Shown here: piece after piece, positions 27,272-35,816 of the stretch
How positions within the stretch are numbered: the stretch's first letter is position 1
Layout of the letters: the number at the start of each line of letters is the position of its first letter
Source: a virus
Taxonomy: Duplodnaviria > Caudoviricetes
DNA length: 64,000 nucleotides
Reading direction: 5' to 3' (one strand)
Virus record (IMG/VR): IMGVR_UViG_3300011989_000009
Location: 28,786-92,785 of that record
The notes under the pieces: generated by a model
Databases searched by the model: none
What the model was told of the DNA's origin: nothing
What the model saw: the letters and a program-made list of their open reading frames with translations, nothing else
Translations under genes and position numbers: made by a program

Positions 27272-27736
27272 TCATAAATTTCCATTGTCGTTATTCTTAG
27301 TTACTTTAATATTTCTTTCGCTCCCGAATGGGCTTGTATGCTCGAAGGCGTCGTTGGTTATGTTGGACCTCTCTTCGGGTTTTTTCTCCAACCACATGCT
27401 ATGTTCGATTACCTTCTGCATATCGAATAATACATCTGCGGTATCGTCGTAACCGATGCCGTGGTTCTCGCCATATTCCACACCCCAACACAGTTTACGG
27501 AGCTTATGTATCGATTCCTCAACCTCGAACCGCATGACATACCATTCATCGCTGCCAATCTTTCCTGCTTCCTTGCCTTTGTAGAGCTTCTCAAACGCAT
27601 TTTCGCAGCACTCTTGGAGCGAGAAGTTCAGTTGACCGAGAATCAGTCTGTCTGTCACCCGGCAAGCGTAGGCAAGAAGCTTTAGCTGCCGCTCATTGAG
27701 CGTGATGATGAATTGTTTATCGTTTTTCTTTTCCAT
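27272..27736 (-). CDS. Hypothetical protein (tandem paralogue 2)
   Basis: Closely similar to 27717-28187 (KQFxITLNERQLKxLAYACR...CWGVEYGENHGIG). Confidence 0.8.
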   Translation of the reverse strand: MEKKNDKQFIITLNERQLKLLAYACRVTDRLILGQLNFSLQECCENAFEKLYKGKEAGKIGSDEWYVMRFEVEESIHKLRKLCWGVEYGENHGIGYDDTADVLFDMQKVIEHSMWLEKKPEERSNITNDAFEHTSPFGSERNIKVTKNNDNGNL

Positions 27737-28187
27737 TGTCGCCACACTTAGTTACTTTAATATTTCTTTCGCTCCCGATTTGGTTTGTGTGCTCGAAAGC
27801 GTCACTGGTTATGTCGCACCGCTCTTCTGGGTCTTTCTCCAGCCACAAGGCATGTTCCATAACCTTCCGCATATCCAAGAGAATGTCAGCGGTATCGTTG
27901 AACCCTATACCGTGGTTCTCTCCATATTCCACGCCCCAGCACACCCTGCGAAGTGTGTGTATAGACAGATCGACAAGAGACCGCATGATATTCCACGGCT
28001 GGCTGCCAATCTCTCCAAGGCCATCCTTCTTGTGGATTTTCTCAAACGCATTCTCGCAGCACTCTCGAAGCGAGCAGTCAAGCTGACCAGTAATCAGTCT
28101 ATCTGTCATCCGGCAAGCATAAGCAAGGGATTTTAGCTGCCGCTCGTTGAGAGTGATGGTGAATTGTTTGTTGTTATTCTTTGACAT
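27717..28187 (-). CDS. Hypothetical protein (tandem paralogue 1)
   Basis: Start at ATG 28187 (MSKNNNKQF); duplicate of the downstream gene. Confidence 0.8.
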   Translation of the reverse strand: MSKNNNKQFTITLNERQLKSLAYACRMTDRLITGQLDCSLRECCENAFEKIHKKDGLGEIGSQPWNIMRSLVDLSIHTLRRVCWGVEYGENHGIGFNDTADILLDMRKVMEHALWLEKDPEERCDITSDAFEHTNQIGSERNIKVTKCGDNGKEKR

Positions 28188-28191
28188 GACC

Positions 28192-28431
28192 TTAGTATTC
28201 AGGAAATTGATTGATATAGTCCACAGCCTCGCCAAAAGTATGTATCTTATTAGCTTCGGCATCGGGTATGCTGATACCAAACTCTTTCTCTGCATCCATC
28301 ACAAGAAAGGCGACATCAAGGCTATCAGCGTCGAGGTCTTCGGTGAAGTTGGCATCACGCGACACTTCGCTTTCCTCTACGCCTAACCGGTCTATCACAA
28401 TATCTTTCAGTCGTTGTTCTGTTGCTCTCAT
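28192..28431 (-). CDS. acpP: Acyl carrier protein (AcpP-like)
   Basis: 79 aa, acidic, with DLDADSLD phosphopantetheine site and [10 protein letters not shown]. Confidence 0.9.
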   Translation of the reverse strand: MRATEQRLKDIVIDRLGVEESEVSRDANFTEDLDADSLDVAFLVMDAEKEFGISIPDAEANKIHTFGEAVDYINQFPEY

Positions 28432-28743
28432 TGTCTCTTATGTTTATTATGTCTTTACTTGTTTTTCGTCTTGATTGATGACTACACCCCAAACTCAAAT
28501 TCGGCCATAGTTGGCCACTTGCTTTTGCGTTTCCGTTTTGGTTTGTTTTGCCCCCCCATTTACGTTGCGAGAGGTAACAAGGGCATCCTTCCCAAGGAAT
28601 GGCTGACAAACTCATACCATTGTAAATGCTTTTAGCGCAATGACATTCATCGTGGTAGTAATCCACGCAACCGATGCACTTCGGCTCGTAACCTGTTATT
28701 ATGCTTATTTTCTATCTCCTTATAATTTTGCCTGTATTCAGGA

Positions 28744-29052
28744 TTACATGATTTTCTTTCCCAACTTAATAACGAGTACATCTTTGTCTACCGGTGCGCC
28801 CCATTCCGTCTTACCACGTCCGACGGTCACGCTGTCAATCTCATACAGCGCACACACCGAACTATACCCACGATGGAACATGACGTATTTAATATTCTTA
28901 CCGAACCGACGCTGCCATGTATTGATGGCACGATATTCTTCCGTCTTCTCGCCACTGGCAATCATATCATACCATTTGTATTTCAGTACGAGATGCACCG
29001 TATTCGACACCGGCTTCTTCTTGGGCGTATAGATGATTTCCACAATCGACAT
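28744..29052 (-). CDS. ASCH/PUA-like domain protein
   Basis: HLVLKYKWYDMIASGEKTEEYR motif. Confidence 0.8.
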   Translation of the reverse strand: MSIVEIIYTPKKKPVSNTVHLVLKYKWYDMIASGEKTEEYRAINTWQRRFGKNIKYVMFHRGYSSVCALYEIDSVTVGRGKTEWGAPVDKDVLVIKLGKKIM

Positions 29053-29075
29053 TTTGTTTACGCTATTACTATGTC

Positions 29076-29471
29076 TCACTTCCAACACATCCACGCATAC
29101 ATCTTCTTCACCGTCTCTATTGCCTCAGAGAGCGTGGGACGCAACCGTGAGCCATTGAAGCACCGCATCGTGTCGGCCAACAACCGACAACGGTCATCAT
29201 TCTCCAGTTCTTCCGGATCGTTGGAATACTCATCTTCGTCTGGATCCTTGTCTGTACGAGGATCATAGATATTACTATAAGCCTCCTTAATGTCATCATC
29301 ATCAGCCGAACCGATATTCTCTCCGATGAACTCACTCTGCTTATGGCTCGACAGTTCATCAAAAATCTCGTTACACGCCTTGTATAATTCCTCATCCGAA
29401 GAGATGTTGATCAGCTCCTTCAAAAGCTTCTCCTTTGATTTTGTCTCATTCGTTTTCTTTTCCATGCTCAT
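29076..29471 (-). CDS. Hypothetical acidic protein
   Basis: 131 aa, very D/E-rich. Confidence 0.65.
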   Translation of the reverse strand: MSMEKKTNETKSKEKLLKELINISSDEELYKACNEIFDELSSHKQSEFIGENIGSADDDDIKEAYSNIYDPRTDKDPDEDEYSNDPEELENDDRCRLLADTMRCFNGSRLRPTLSEAIETVKKMYAWMCWK

Positions 29472-29488
29472 GCCCTTATGTTATTATG

Positions 29489-30163
29489 TTACTTTGTCTT
29501 TTTCTTATTACTCTGTCTCTTACGCAGGAGCCGACGTTTCGCCTGGTATGTATTCATCCGCTTATCATAATAGTTTTCCATGCTCTCGGCATAGTCAGCG
29601 AAGAGCTGCTGCTCCTCTTCACTACCTTGTGAACGTGTCAGACTAAACGCCGACGCGAGCTGTTGCAGGGCGACACGCACCCCGTCGAACTGCTCGAAAT
29701 GATAGTTCTCGTCGGGGAAGAGCACTTGCAGATCCTCCTGTATCGTTGCCAGCTTCGACTCGATGATGTCACTAAAGAACACCACCATATCCAGCATTCT
29801 GCCCACCCGCTTACCGAGCTCACGGCGCTTGATGTCGCTGACAGGGATGGTGTTGAGCAAGTCGCCAAACGGCACATTCTTATGCTCTACCTGTACCATC
29901 GTGCGCCGGATGAACGCCAGTAGGAGCATGTCAGCCGCACGGCGGTCGTCCTGCTCGATACCCTTCGTGATAGCGGGCACGTTGGCACCGGGACGGTTGG
30001 CTACGTCAAACATCCGTTGCCGGTGCGCCACAATCTTCATAAACTTCTCATCGTGGACCAGCATCTCTATCACCGGCACATAGTCTTTCGGCTCACAGGC
30101 TGTGAGGTCCAACGGCATACACGAAGCAGGCAACTTCATGGGGTCTATCGTTCTCTTCTTCAT
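29489..30163 (-). CDS. Hypothetical protein
   Basis: 224-aa helical ORF in operon. Confidence 0.7.
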   Translation of the reverse strand: MKKRTIDPMKLPASCMPLDLTACEPKDYVPVIEMLVHDEKFMKIVAHRQRMFDVANRPGANVPAITKGIEQDDRRAADMLLLAFIRRTMVQVEHKNVPFGDLLNTIPVSDIKRRELGKRVGRMLDMVVFFSDIIESKLATIQEDLQVLFPDENYHFEQFDGVRVALQQLASAFSLTRSQGSEEEQQLFADYAESMENYYDKRMNTYQAKRRLLRKRQSNKKKTK

Positions 30164-30205
30164 GGCTCCTAATTACTTATTTATCATAATTACTAATATA
30201 GTCAG

Positions 30206-30586
30206 TTATCGCATATCGCCGCTGCCATCGATGACACCACGCTGCTGACGACTGGCCAACTTAGCAAGGTTCTGTTCTGCCACTTCGTCGAGGGACCAGC
30301 CCATGACGGTACAGACACCGGCTAACTGCCACAGCACGTCACCGGCTTCTTTCTTAATCAGCTCTGCTTCTTCATCCGATACAGAGATGGTCTGCGTCAT
30401 CGGACGCGTGCCCTGCTCGGTCAATGGCAGCGTGGCGATATGAAGTTGGTCGTGACGCACGGCCTTACCCAACTTACTCAACAGCTCACCGACCTCTCCG
30501 GCGAGATTGAAACCCATATACACGATGTTGTTACACGTCGGCAAACAGGTGCTGAACGCTTTTTTCTGATATTCGTTTAAATCCAT
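30206..30586 (-). CDS. MazG-like nucleoside triphosphate pyrophosphohydrolase
   Basis: LAGEVGE...KEAGDVLW...NLAKLASR...GSGD motif. Confidence 0.9.
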   Translation of the reverse strand: MDLNEYQKKAFSTCLPTCNNIVYMGFNLAGEVGELLSKLGKAVRHDQLHIATLPLTEQGTRPMTQTISVSDEEAELIKKEAGDVLWQLAGVCTVMGWSLDEVAEQNLAKLASRQQRGVIDGSGDMR

Positions 30587-30692
30587 ATTTTAATTGTTTT
30601 TGGTTCAAAAAAAAGACCGAGGCAGAAGCGATGTATGGCTATCGCCCCACACGGGACGCCCCTTACCTCAGTCCAAGTTTTTCGTCAAGTCC

Positions 30693-31709
30693 TTAGTAAG
30701 GGTTGTGATACAGCGTAAATCCGTTCTGCTTACAGATATAGAAGAAGGTGCGGATGCTGACGCGCCCCGAAAGCTGCGCGAAGGAACTCCATTTGGCTTG
30801 CAACTCCTGCATAGAGTGTCCTTGTGCGTGTTCCTGAGCACGGAACACTGATAATCGCCACCAATAATGCAGGCCGACGTTGCCGAGATTGTACAGCGAC
30901 ATGCCGATATGCAGCCACTGATCATAGCTGCCGGTGATGTCAGCCCCACGCTGCTCTATCTTCTCCACCAACCGCTCCACATCAGCCTCCAGTGCGTCTT
31001 TCGTCTCGATGCGCTCACGGTAGACAGGACGCGGCACGAGTACCTGCCCGCCCATGTCGATACCGCTGTAGGCGATAGCGTTCTCATTGATATAGGGGTT
31101 ATCATCATACGATGCGAAGCGGATGCGGGTAATATCGCTGCAATGAACATCGAGAACGATGCCCAATGCCGCATAGTCACGACGGATAGCCTTGAACTGC
31201 TCTTTATGATGCTCCGGATAAGCCAAAGGTATCAAGGCAAAATAGCCGGTACCACTACATGACTTCATGCACAAAGCTACCTCAGGACGATGGCGCAGGA
31301 CACGCAGGATCGTTGTCATATCCTCTACGCTCTGATTGTCCTGACGGTCGATGTCGATACAGAGAAACCCAGTGTGCTGTTTCAGATTCTCCGTGATACG
31401 GCTTTTCATCACCATCCGGCCATAACGCTTGTCAAAGGTATCACGAAGCTCAAAGAGGCCGGAGAGCGTAGCCCCAGGCAATAAGGTCTTGATCTTCTTG
31501 TACTGCGGCATCGCCTTCGCCTCTTTCGCTCCGTATTCGGCAATCATGCCCCTCAGTCGGTCCACCGTCGGCTTCCATCTGTCCGTAAGACAGAAGTCAC
31601 GGATGGTCATCTGCTGGATGATCTCACCCGTCTCACGGTCAACGTACTTGCCATAGTTGTCGTGAGCGTCAACATAGACCGAACATAATTTGCCGAATAT
31701 ATCTTTCAT
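30693..31709 (-). CDS. BT4734/VirE N-terminal primase-like protein with PriCT-2 domain
   Basis: KTLLPGATLSG, HTGFLCIDID, SCSGTG, DITRIRFASYD; C-terminal YDQWLHIGMSL...KWSSF...TFFYICKQNG. Confidence 0.85.
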   Translation of the reverse strand: MKDIFGKLCSVYVDAHDNYGKYVDRETGEIIQQMTIRDFCLTDRWKPTVDRLRGMIAEYGAKEAKAMPQYKKIKTLLPGATLSGLFELRDTFDKRYGRMVMKSRITENLKQHTGFLCIDIDRQDNQSVEDMTTILRVLRHRPEVALCMKSCSGTGYFALIPLAYPEHHKEQFKAIRRDYAALGIVLDVHCSDITRIRFASYDDNPYINENAIAYSGIDMGGQVLVPRPVYRERIETKDALEADVERLVEKIEQRGADITGSYDQWLHIGMSLYNLGNVGLHYWWRLSVFRAQEHAQGHSMQELQAKWSSFAQLSGRVSIRTFFYICKQNGFTLYHNPY

Positions 31710-31717
31710 AACGCTTA

Positions 31718-32128
31718 CTACTCTATATCATCTTTCTTCGTATGGCCGTAGCCAAAGAAATGATGTACAGTACCATAACCATACTCCACACCCAATGCTA
31801 CCGTCCACATCAGGAAGAAACCCATGAGGAAAAAATGGAAGCCCTTCCAGTAGAGCTGTGACAACACACCGAAGAGCACCATCATCGTCAGGCGTGCGAT
31901 TGCCTCGACACCGTAGTCCTTCGAGAAGATACGTTGCAACCATGCCTGCTCATCATGCGGTACTGTACCATGGTCATACTCCCAGGACAAAAGTCCGGCT
32001 GAGAAGATAGCCCCAGCGAAGCAACCGATCGTCAACGGCCATCCGCCGACATAAGGACGGACGAAAACGGCTTCTATAATAAGGAGACCGAGCATCACGG
32101 CGTTGAGTATAGTGAGATATTTGTTCAT
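31718..32128 (-). CDS. Membrane protein (about 4 TM segments)
   Basis: Hydrophobic segments; own promoter TTTG-N19-TAATTTTG at 32157-32187. Confidence 0.75.
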   Translation of the reverse strand: MNKYLTILNAVMLGLLIIEAVFVRPYVGGWPLTIGCFAGAIFSAGLLSWEYDHGTVPHDEQAWLQRIFSKDYGVEAIARLTMMVLFGVLSQLYWKGFHFFLMGFFLMWTVALGVEYGYGTVHHFFGYGHTKKDDIE

Positions 32129-32289
32129 CTACCAAAGTTTATCTTTGTTTCATCGGCAAAATTAAAGATAAACTTTGAATTGACAAAATAAAATTGCCGT
32201 TATTTCTAAGTTGAACTTCATTTTTCTTTCATCTGACCATTTTTCGCTCTTTCTTATAAGTTTTCCTCATCCTCCACCCAAAAATCACC

Positions 32290-32790
32290 CTCGAAATCCC
32301 TTCAAGGAGATTTCAGGGAGATTTTAGGGAAATCAAGGAGATTTTGACCTTTAACAAATGTGAAATCTCCCTGACTTGGGTCGATTAACATTTGTTAGTA
32401 AGGACGTTTTTGCCTTGTAAGGACGCTCAAAGATGCAAAAAGACGTTCTAAAGAAAAACGTCTTTGATGTTTTTTCGCTGAAAATCAACACATTACGGAT
32501 GTCAAGGACGTTTTAACACTTTTTTCTTATAAACTTTCTCGCACGTAAGAAAAAAAAATTAAGGAGAAAAAATAATATATATATACAGATTTGCCGCTCA
32601 TTCGCTTACTATATTAGTCCATAATCTATTGAAAATGATAAGGATAAAGGCGGTAGCCGTATATAGATACCATTAAGAAAAAAGGGAACGGGGAAACGAA
32701 AAAAGTAACTTTTCTGAACAACGAAAAATTTTCTATGGGGGAGAGGTTTAGAAAAATCTCCCTAAAATCTCCTTGAAACGTCCTTGACCG
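32290..32790. other. Putative second (lytic) replication origin: 11-bp iterons flanking an AT-rich core
   Basis: YARGGA(G/C)(A/G)TTT at 32303, 32314, 32325, 32334, 32399, 32418 and 32503; inverted copies at 32363, 32754, 32765 and 32776; AT-rich 32520-32590; non-coding. Confidence 0.5.
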
Positions 32791-33085
32791 GCGCGAATGT
32801 CAGTGTTTATGGGCATCCGCGATAAGGATGTAAAGAAACAAGAATCTCCTTACCAAAGTTGAAACGTCTCTGAGAGATGACCGAAAAGTGGTTTTGAGGA
32901 CGGAAATAAGGAGGCATAGGGCGAAAATGAGGAAAAATGGCAGAAGCCCGAAAATTTTTCGCGGTAGGGACTTGGAGAATGAAAAACCGCTTGAACTTGT
33001 CGAGGAATTCGATAAGTTCAAGCGGCTGTAACGTGTTGTTTTGGGATATGAGTGATAAACTATACCCTTATTGCGAGAGAGGGCA

Positions 33086-34420
33086 TCAGAGGGCTCTTTC
33101 TATCACGAGAGAGGCATTGGTGCCACCGAAGCCAAAGTTGTTGAGCAACGCTGTTGTTATCTTTGCCGACTGAGGGGTGTGGGGTATGTTAAGATGACGA
33201 GCGGCGGGGATGGGATTCTCTAAGTTGATGTTTGGTGAGACGAACTCGCCCCTCATCTGCATGATGGTATAGACGACTTGTGAGACGCCAGACATCCAAC
33301 ACTCGTGACCCGTCAGACACTTCGTGGCAACGACGTAAGGGCGTGCATATACTTCTTTTTCCGTATGCTTGCTGCCAATAAAGGTATCACACATACATGT
33401 GATTGCTTTTGCCTCGGCTTCGTCACCCTCAACAGTGCCAGTGGCATGTGCCATCACCATATCAATATCAGAGAAGAGCATATCAGCGTCATTACAGGCT
33501 GCGCACATCGTATGAACATAGCTGGCGTCATCAGGCTTGATGATAGAGTCGGATGTGGAATAACCATACCCGGAAACAACGGCGAGGGCAGGAATAGCCT
33601 CGGCAATCTTCGGGCGGTAGGTGTACAAAGCCATACGGTCGTGAAGAAACATCGGTGGCGAACAACGCTCCATGACGATGGCAGCAGCACCGCCGGAGGG
33701 CACAAGACCATCGTGCTTCTCGTCGAAGGGACGGGAGGCATGGACAGGATCATCAGACTGAGAGAAGATACCCAGTGAGTCGAAAGCCCACGAGCTGACG
33801 ACATCATCTTCCTGGGCACCGACGACGATGCAGCGGTTCACTGCCCCACTCTCGATGAGCGTCTTGGCCAGTCCTACAGCATGACCGCCACCGGCACAGG
33901 CGGCAGAGACGGAAAGCGTAAGGCCACGGATATGAAAGAACTGCGATAGGGTCATACTCACGTTGCTGTTGAGCGTCTTGAAAACGCTGTAACCGCCTAA
34001 AGCCCGCGTGTCGTTGACCTCACTCATAATATCACCGATCTGCACGGTCTCTGCGATGGCACTGTCTGACGACACGATAAGGGCGGAACTGGACAAATCT
34101 ACGTCCGTGAGTTTTGCTTGCTCCACAGCCTCGCCAACGGCCATTGCTGCCCATATTGCCTGCTCGGTCATAGCCTTACGGACGGCTTGGGAAACGTGAT
34201 ACTTCTTTATCAGTTCCTTCCATCTCGCTGCGTCTTCCGAGGTTCTGTTAGCAACAACGCCCATCAGACTGCTCTGATAGCCGTTTGCCTCACGCAAATC
34301 TGAACGGGAGAGACCGCTCTGACCATTCGCGAGATGCTGAGCTACCTTGTTCAAGCCGATACCAATACACGAACAGATACCCATGCCCGTGATCCCTGCT
34401 ATTCTTTTGTCTTGTCGCAT
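33086..34420 (-). CDS. Beta-ketoacyl-ACP synthase (FabB/FabF-like)
   Basis: ITGMGI, catalytic Cys SAACAGG, SRPFD, His AHATGT, K..TGH, NFGFGGTN. Confidence 0.93.
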   Translation of the reverse strand: MRQDKRIAGITGMGICSCIGIGLNKVAQHLANGQSGLSRSDLREANGYQSSLMGVVANRTSEDAARWKELIKKYHVSQAVRKAMTEQAIWAAMAVGEAVEQAKLTDVDLSSSALIVSSDSAIAETVQIGDIMSEVNDTRALGGYSVFKTLNSNVSMTLSQFFHIRGLTLSVSAACAGGGHAVGLAKTLIESGAVNRCIVVGAQEDDVVSSWAFDSLGIFSQSDDPVHASRPFDEKHDGLVPSGGAAAIVMERCSPPMFLHDRMALYTYRPKIAEAIPALAVVSGYGYSTSDSIIKPDDASYVHTMCAACNDADMLFSDIDMVMAHATGTVEGDEAEAKAITCMCDTFIGSKHTEKEVYARPYVVATKCLTGHECWMSGVSQVVYTIMQMRGEFVSPNINLENPIPAARHLNIPHTPQSAKITTALLNNFGFGGTNASLVIERAL

Positions 34421-34677
34421 ATACTTGGTTTTAAAGTTAATAACACGTCGGCAATATCGCCGACCGTCTTAATGTTTCCCAGTTGCTCTCTCGACACCTT
34501 TACTTTGAAGTGCGTCTCGACAACCAACACAATATCGATTTTGGCGAGAGAGTCAAAACCTAATTCCTCCAAGGTGGTGCTTTCTGTATGTTCCACCTTC
34601 TCTTCCGGCGCAAACTCCGGCTCCAGCCGTTGCAGAATGAGCTGGAAAAGATCATCTATCAATTCTGGACGTGTCAT
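34399..34677 (-). CDS. Acyl carrier protein
   Basis: LGFDSLAKID motif; ATG at 34677 overlaps the stop of module 12 (ATGA). Confidence 0.88.
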   Translation of the reverse strand: MTRPELIDDLFQLILQRLEPEFAPEEKVEHTESTTLEELGFDSLAKIDIVLVVETHFKVKVSREQLGNIKTVGDIADVLLTLKPSICDKTKE

Positions 34678-34817
34678 AATGTATATTCTATTAAAATACA
34701 ATGTGGGCACTTGAAGTCAGTACTCCGAAGCGAGGGAGAGATTGTTTTCCACCCCCCCCCAGATGATTGCCACTCAAAAGAATGACTGACTATGTTCACA
34801 CCCACTTTAAAGTTCAT
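34674..34817 (-). CDS. TRD-like module 12 (G9, in frame)
   Basis: MNFKVGVNIVSHSFEWQSSGGGWKTISPSLRSTDFKCPHCILIEYTL*; C9 at 34752-34760. Confidence 0.75.
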   Translation of the reverse strand: MNFKVGVNIVSHSFEWQSSGGGWKTISPSLRSTDFKCPHCILIEYTL

Positions 34818-34986
34818 ACTCTATAATGATTTTACCTACATGCGCAATCGTCAATGTTGCCATTGGATTACGCACGTTTATTAACTGCATCTCGCTTACC
34901 CCCCCCTGACGCTCATCACCCGTAAAAAAGCGAATATTGCCATTCGGAAGCCAATGAGCGAAGATGCCACATTTCCTTGCTTTCAT
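34807..34986 (-). CDS. TRD-like module 11 (G8, in frame)
   Basis: MKARKCGIFAHWLPNGNIRFFTGDERQGGVSEMQLINVRNPMATLTIAHVGKIIIEYEL*; C8 at 34899-34906. Confidence 0.75.
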   Translation of the reverse strand: MKARKCGIFAHWLPNGNIRFFTGDERQGGVSEMQLINVRNPMATLTIAHVGKIIIEYEL

Positions 34987-35124
34987 AATTCGTACTCTAT
35001 AAAAAGCATTGCATTTTTCTGACTGCTTGTAAGCGCATTCGAGAACGACACACTGCCAAGTTCAAGTTGCTGATACGTTTTACCACCCCCCCCTACCACG
35101 CAAAGCGCAACACATATATATCAT
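34983..35124 (-). pseudogene. TRD-like module 10 (G8, out of frame; G7/G10 restores)
   Basis: MIYMCCALRGRGG then TGG TAA; the restored frame gives ...GKTYQQLELGSVSFSNALTSSQKNAMLFIEYEL*; C8 at 35086-35093. Confidence 0.75.
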
Positions 35125-35274
35125 AGTTCATAATTTATTAATATTTTAGGTTTGTCAATATCATGGCCTTGCCCCCCCAATTACGGCAGGAGATATACCA
35201 AAACGAGAGACAACTATACCATTCTGAGAATGCGAATAATAGCCTAACTTTATCACATTTGATCTACACCTCAT
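35121..35274 (-). pseudogene. TRD-like module 9 (G7, out of frame; G6/G9 restores)
   Basis: MRCRSNVIKLGYYSHSQNGIVVSRFGISPAVIGG / QGHDIDKPKILINYEL*; C7 at 35172-35178. Confidence 0.75.
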
Positions 35275-35443
35275 ACTCAATCAATAATAAATTATCCATC
35301 AACGCAGCAGTGACTGTATGAGCATAGTCGAAAGACAAAAAAATATGTTCCGAACGCTTTCTCCGTACTCCACCATCTCCTAACATTTTTCGTTGTTGCT
35401 TATCATGCTCAGAGCGCCCTAAAGTCAAAAACTTATAGTTCAT
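35264..35443 (-). CDS. TRD-like module 8 (no G tract; T7, in frame)
   Basis: MNYKFLTLGRSEHDKQQRKMLGDGGVRRKRSEHIFLSFDYAHTVTAALMDNLLLIEYEV*; similar to module 6. Confidence 0.75.
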   Translation of the reverse strand: MNYKFLTLGRSEHDKQQRKMLGDGGVRRKRSEHIFLSFDYAHTVTAALMDNLLLIEYEV

Positions 35444-35446
35444 ATT

Positions 35447-35644
35447 CTACATAATATATTCCATTAATACAACCGTCTTCGGGAAATGTGCCAACGTGAC
35501 AATATCAGTAATCTCTGAGAGTCCGTCATACCGCGTGTTCAACGTACACGATACTCCACCGTTTGCAACATTCACGGGGATAGAATACCCCCCCCTAATA
35601 GGTTTTCCATCGGCACTGGTAGTGTAAGCTAAATCATAAGTCAT
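35447..35644 (-). CDS. TRD-like module 7 (G8, in frame)
   Basis: MTYDLAYTT...IRGGYSIPVNVANGGVSCTLNTRY...LAHFPKTVVLMEYIM*; C8 at 35588-35595; paralogue of module 1. Confidence 0.8.
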   Translation of the reverse strand: MTYDLAYTTSADGKPIRGGYSIPVNVANGGVSCTLNTRYDGLSEITDIVTLAHFPKTVVLMEYIM

Positions 35645-35816
35645 ATTCAATCAATAACAGATTGTCTTTCTGAACGCTATCAATAGTATTAGCGATCATA
35701 CCCCCCCCTACGTAAACGTGCATGTTAAAATGCACTTTACCGGAATTGTCACCCCACAAGCGACGGATATGTTTGGCTAATGCACTGCGACAAGGTCTTA
35801 ATATCGACTGGTTCAT
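35634..35816 (-). CDS. TRD-like module 6 (G8, in frame)
   Basis: ...YVGGGMIANTIDSVQKDNLLLIEYDL*; C8 at 35701-35708. Confidence 0.8.
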   Translation of the reverse strand: MNQSILRPCRSALAKHIRRLWGDNSGKVHFNMHVYVGGGMIANTIDSVQKDNLLLIEYDL

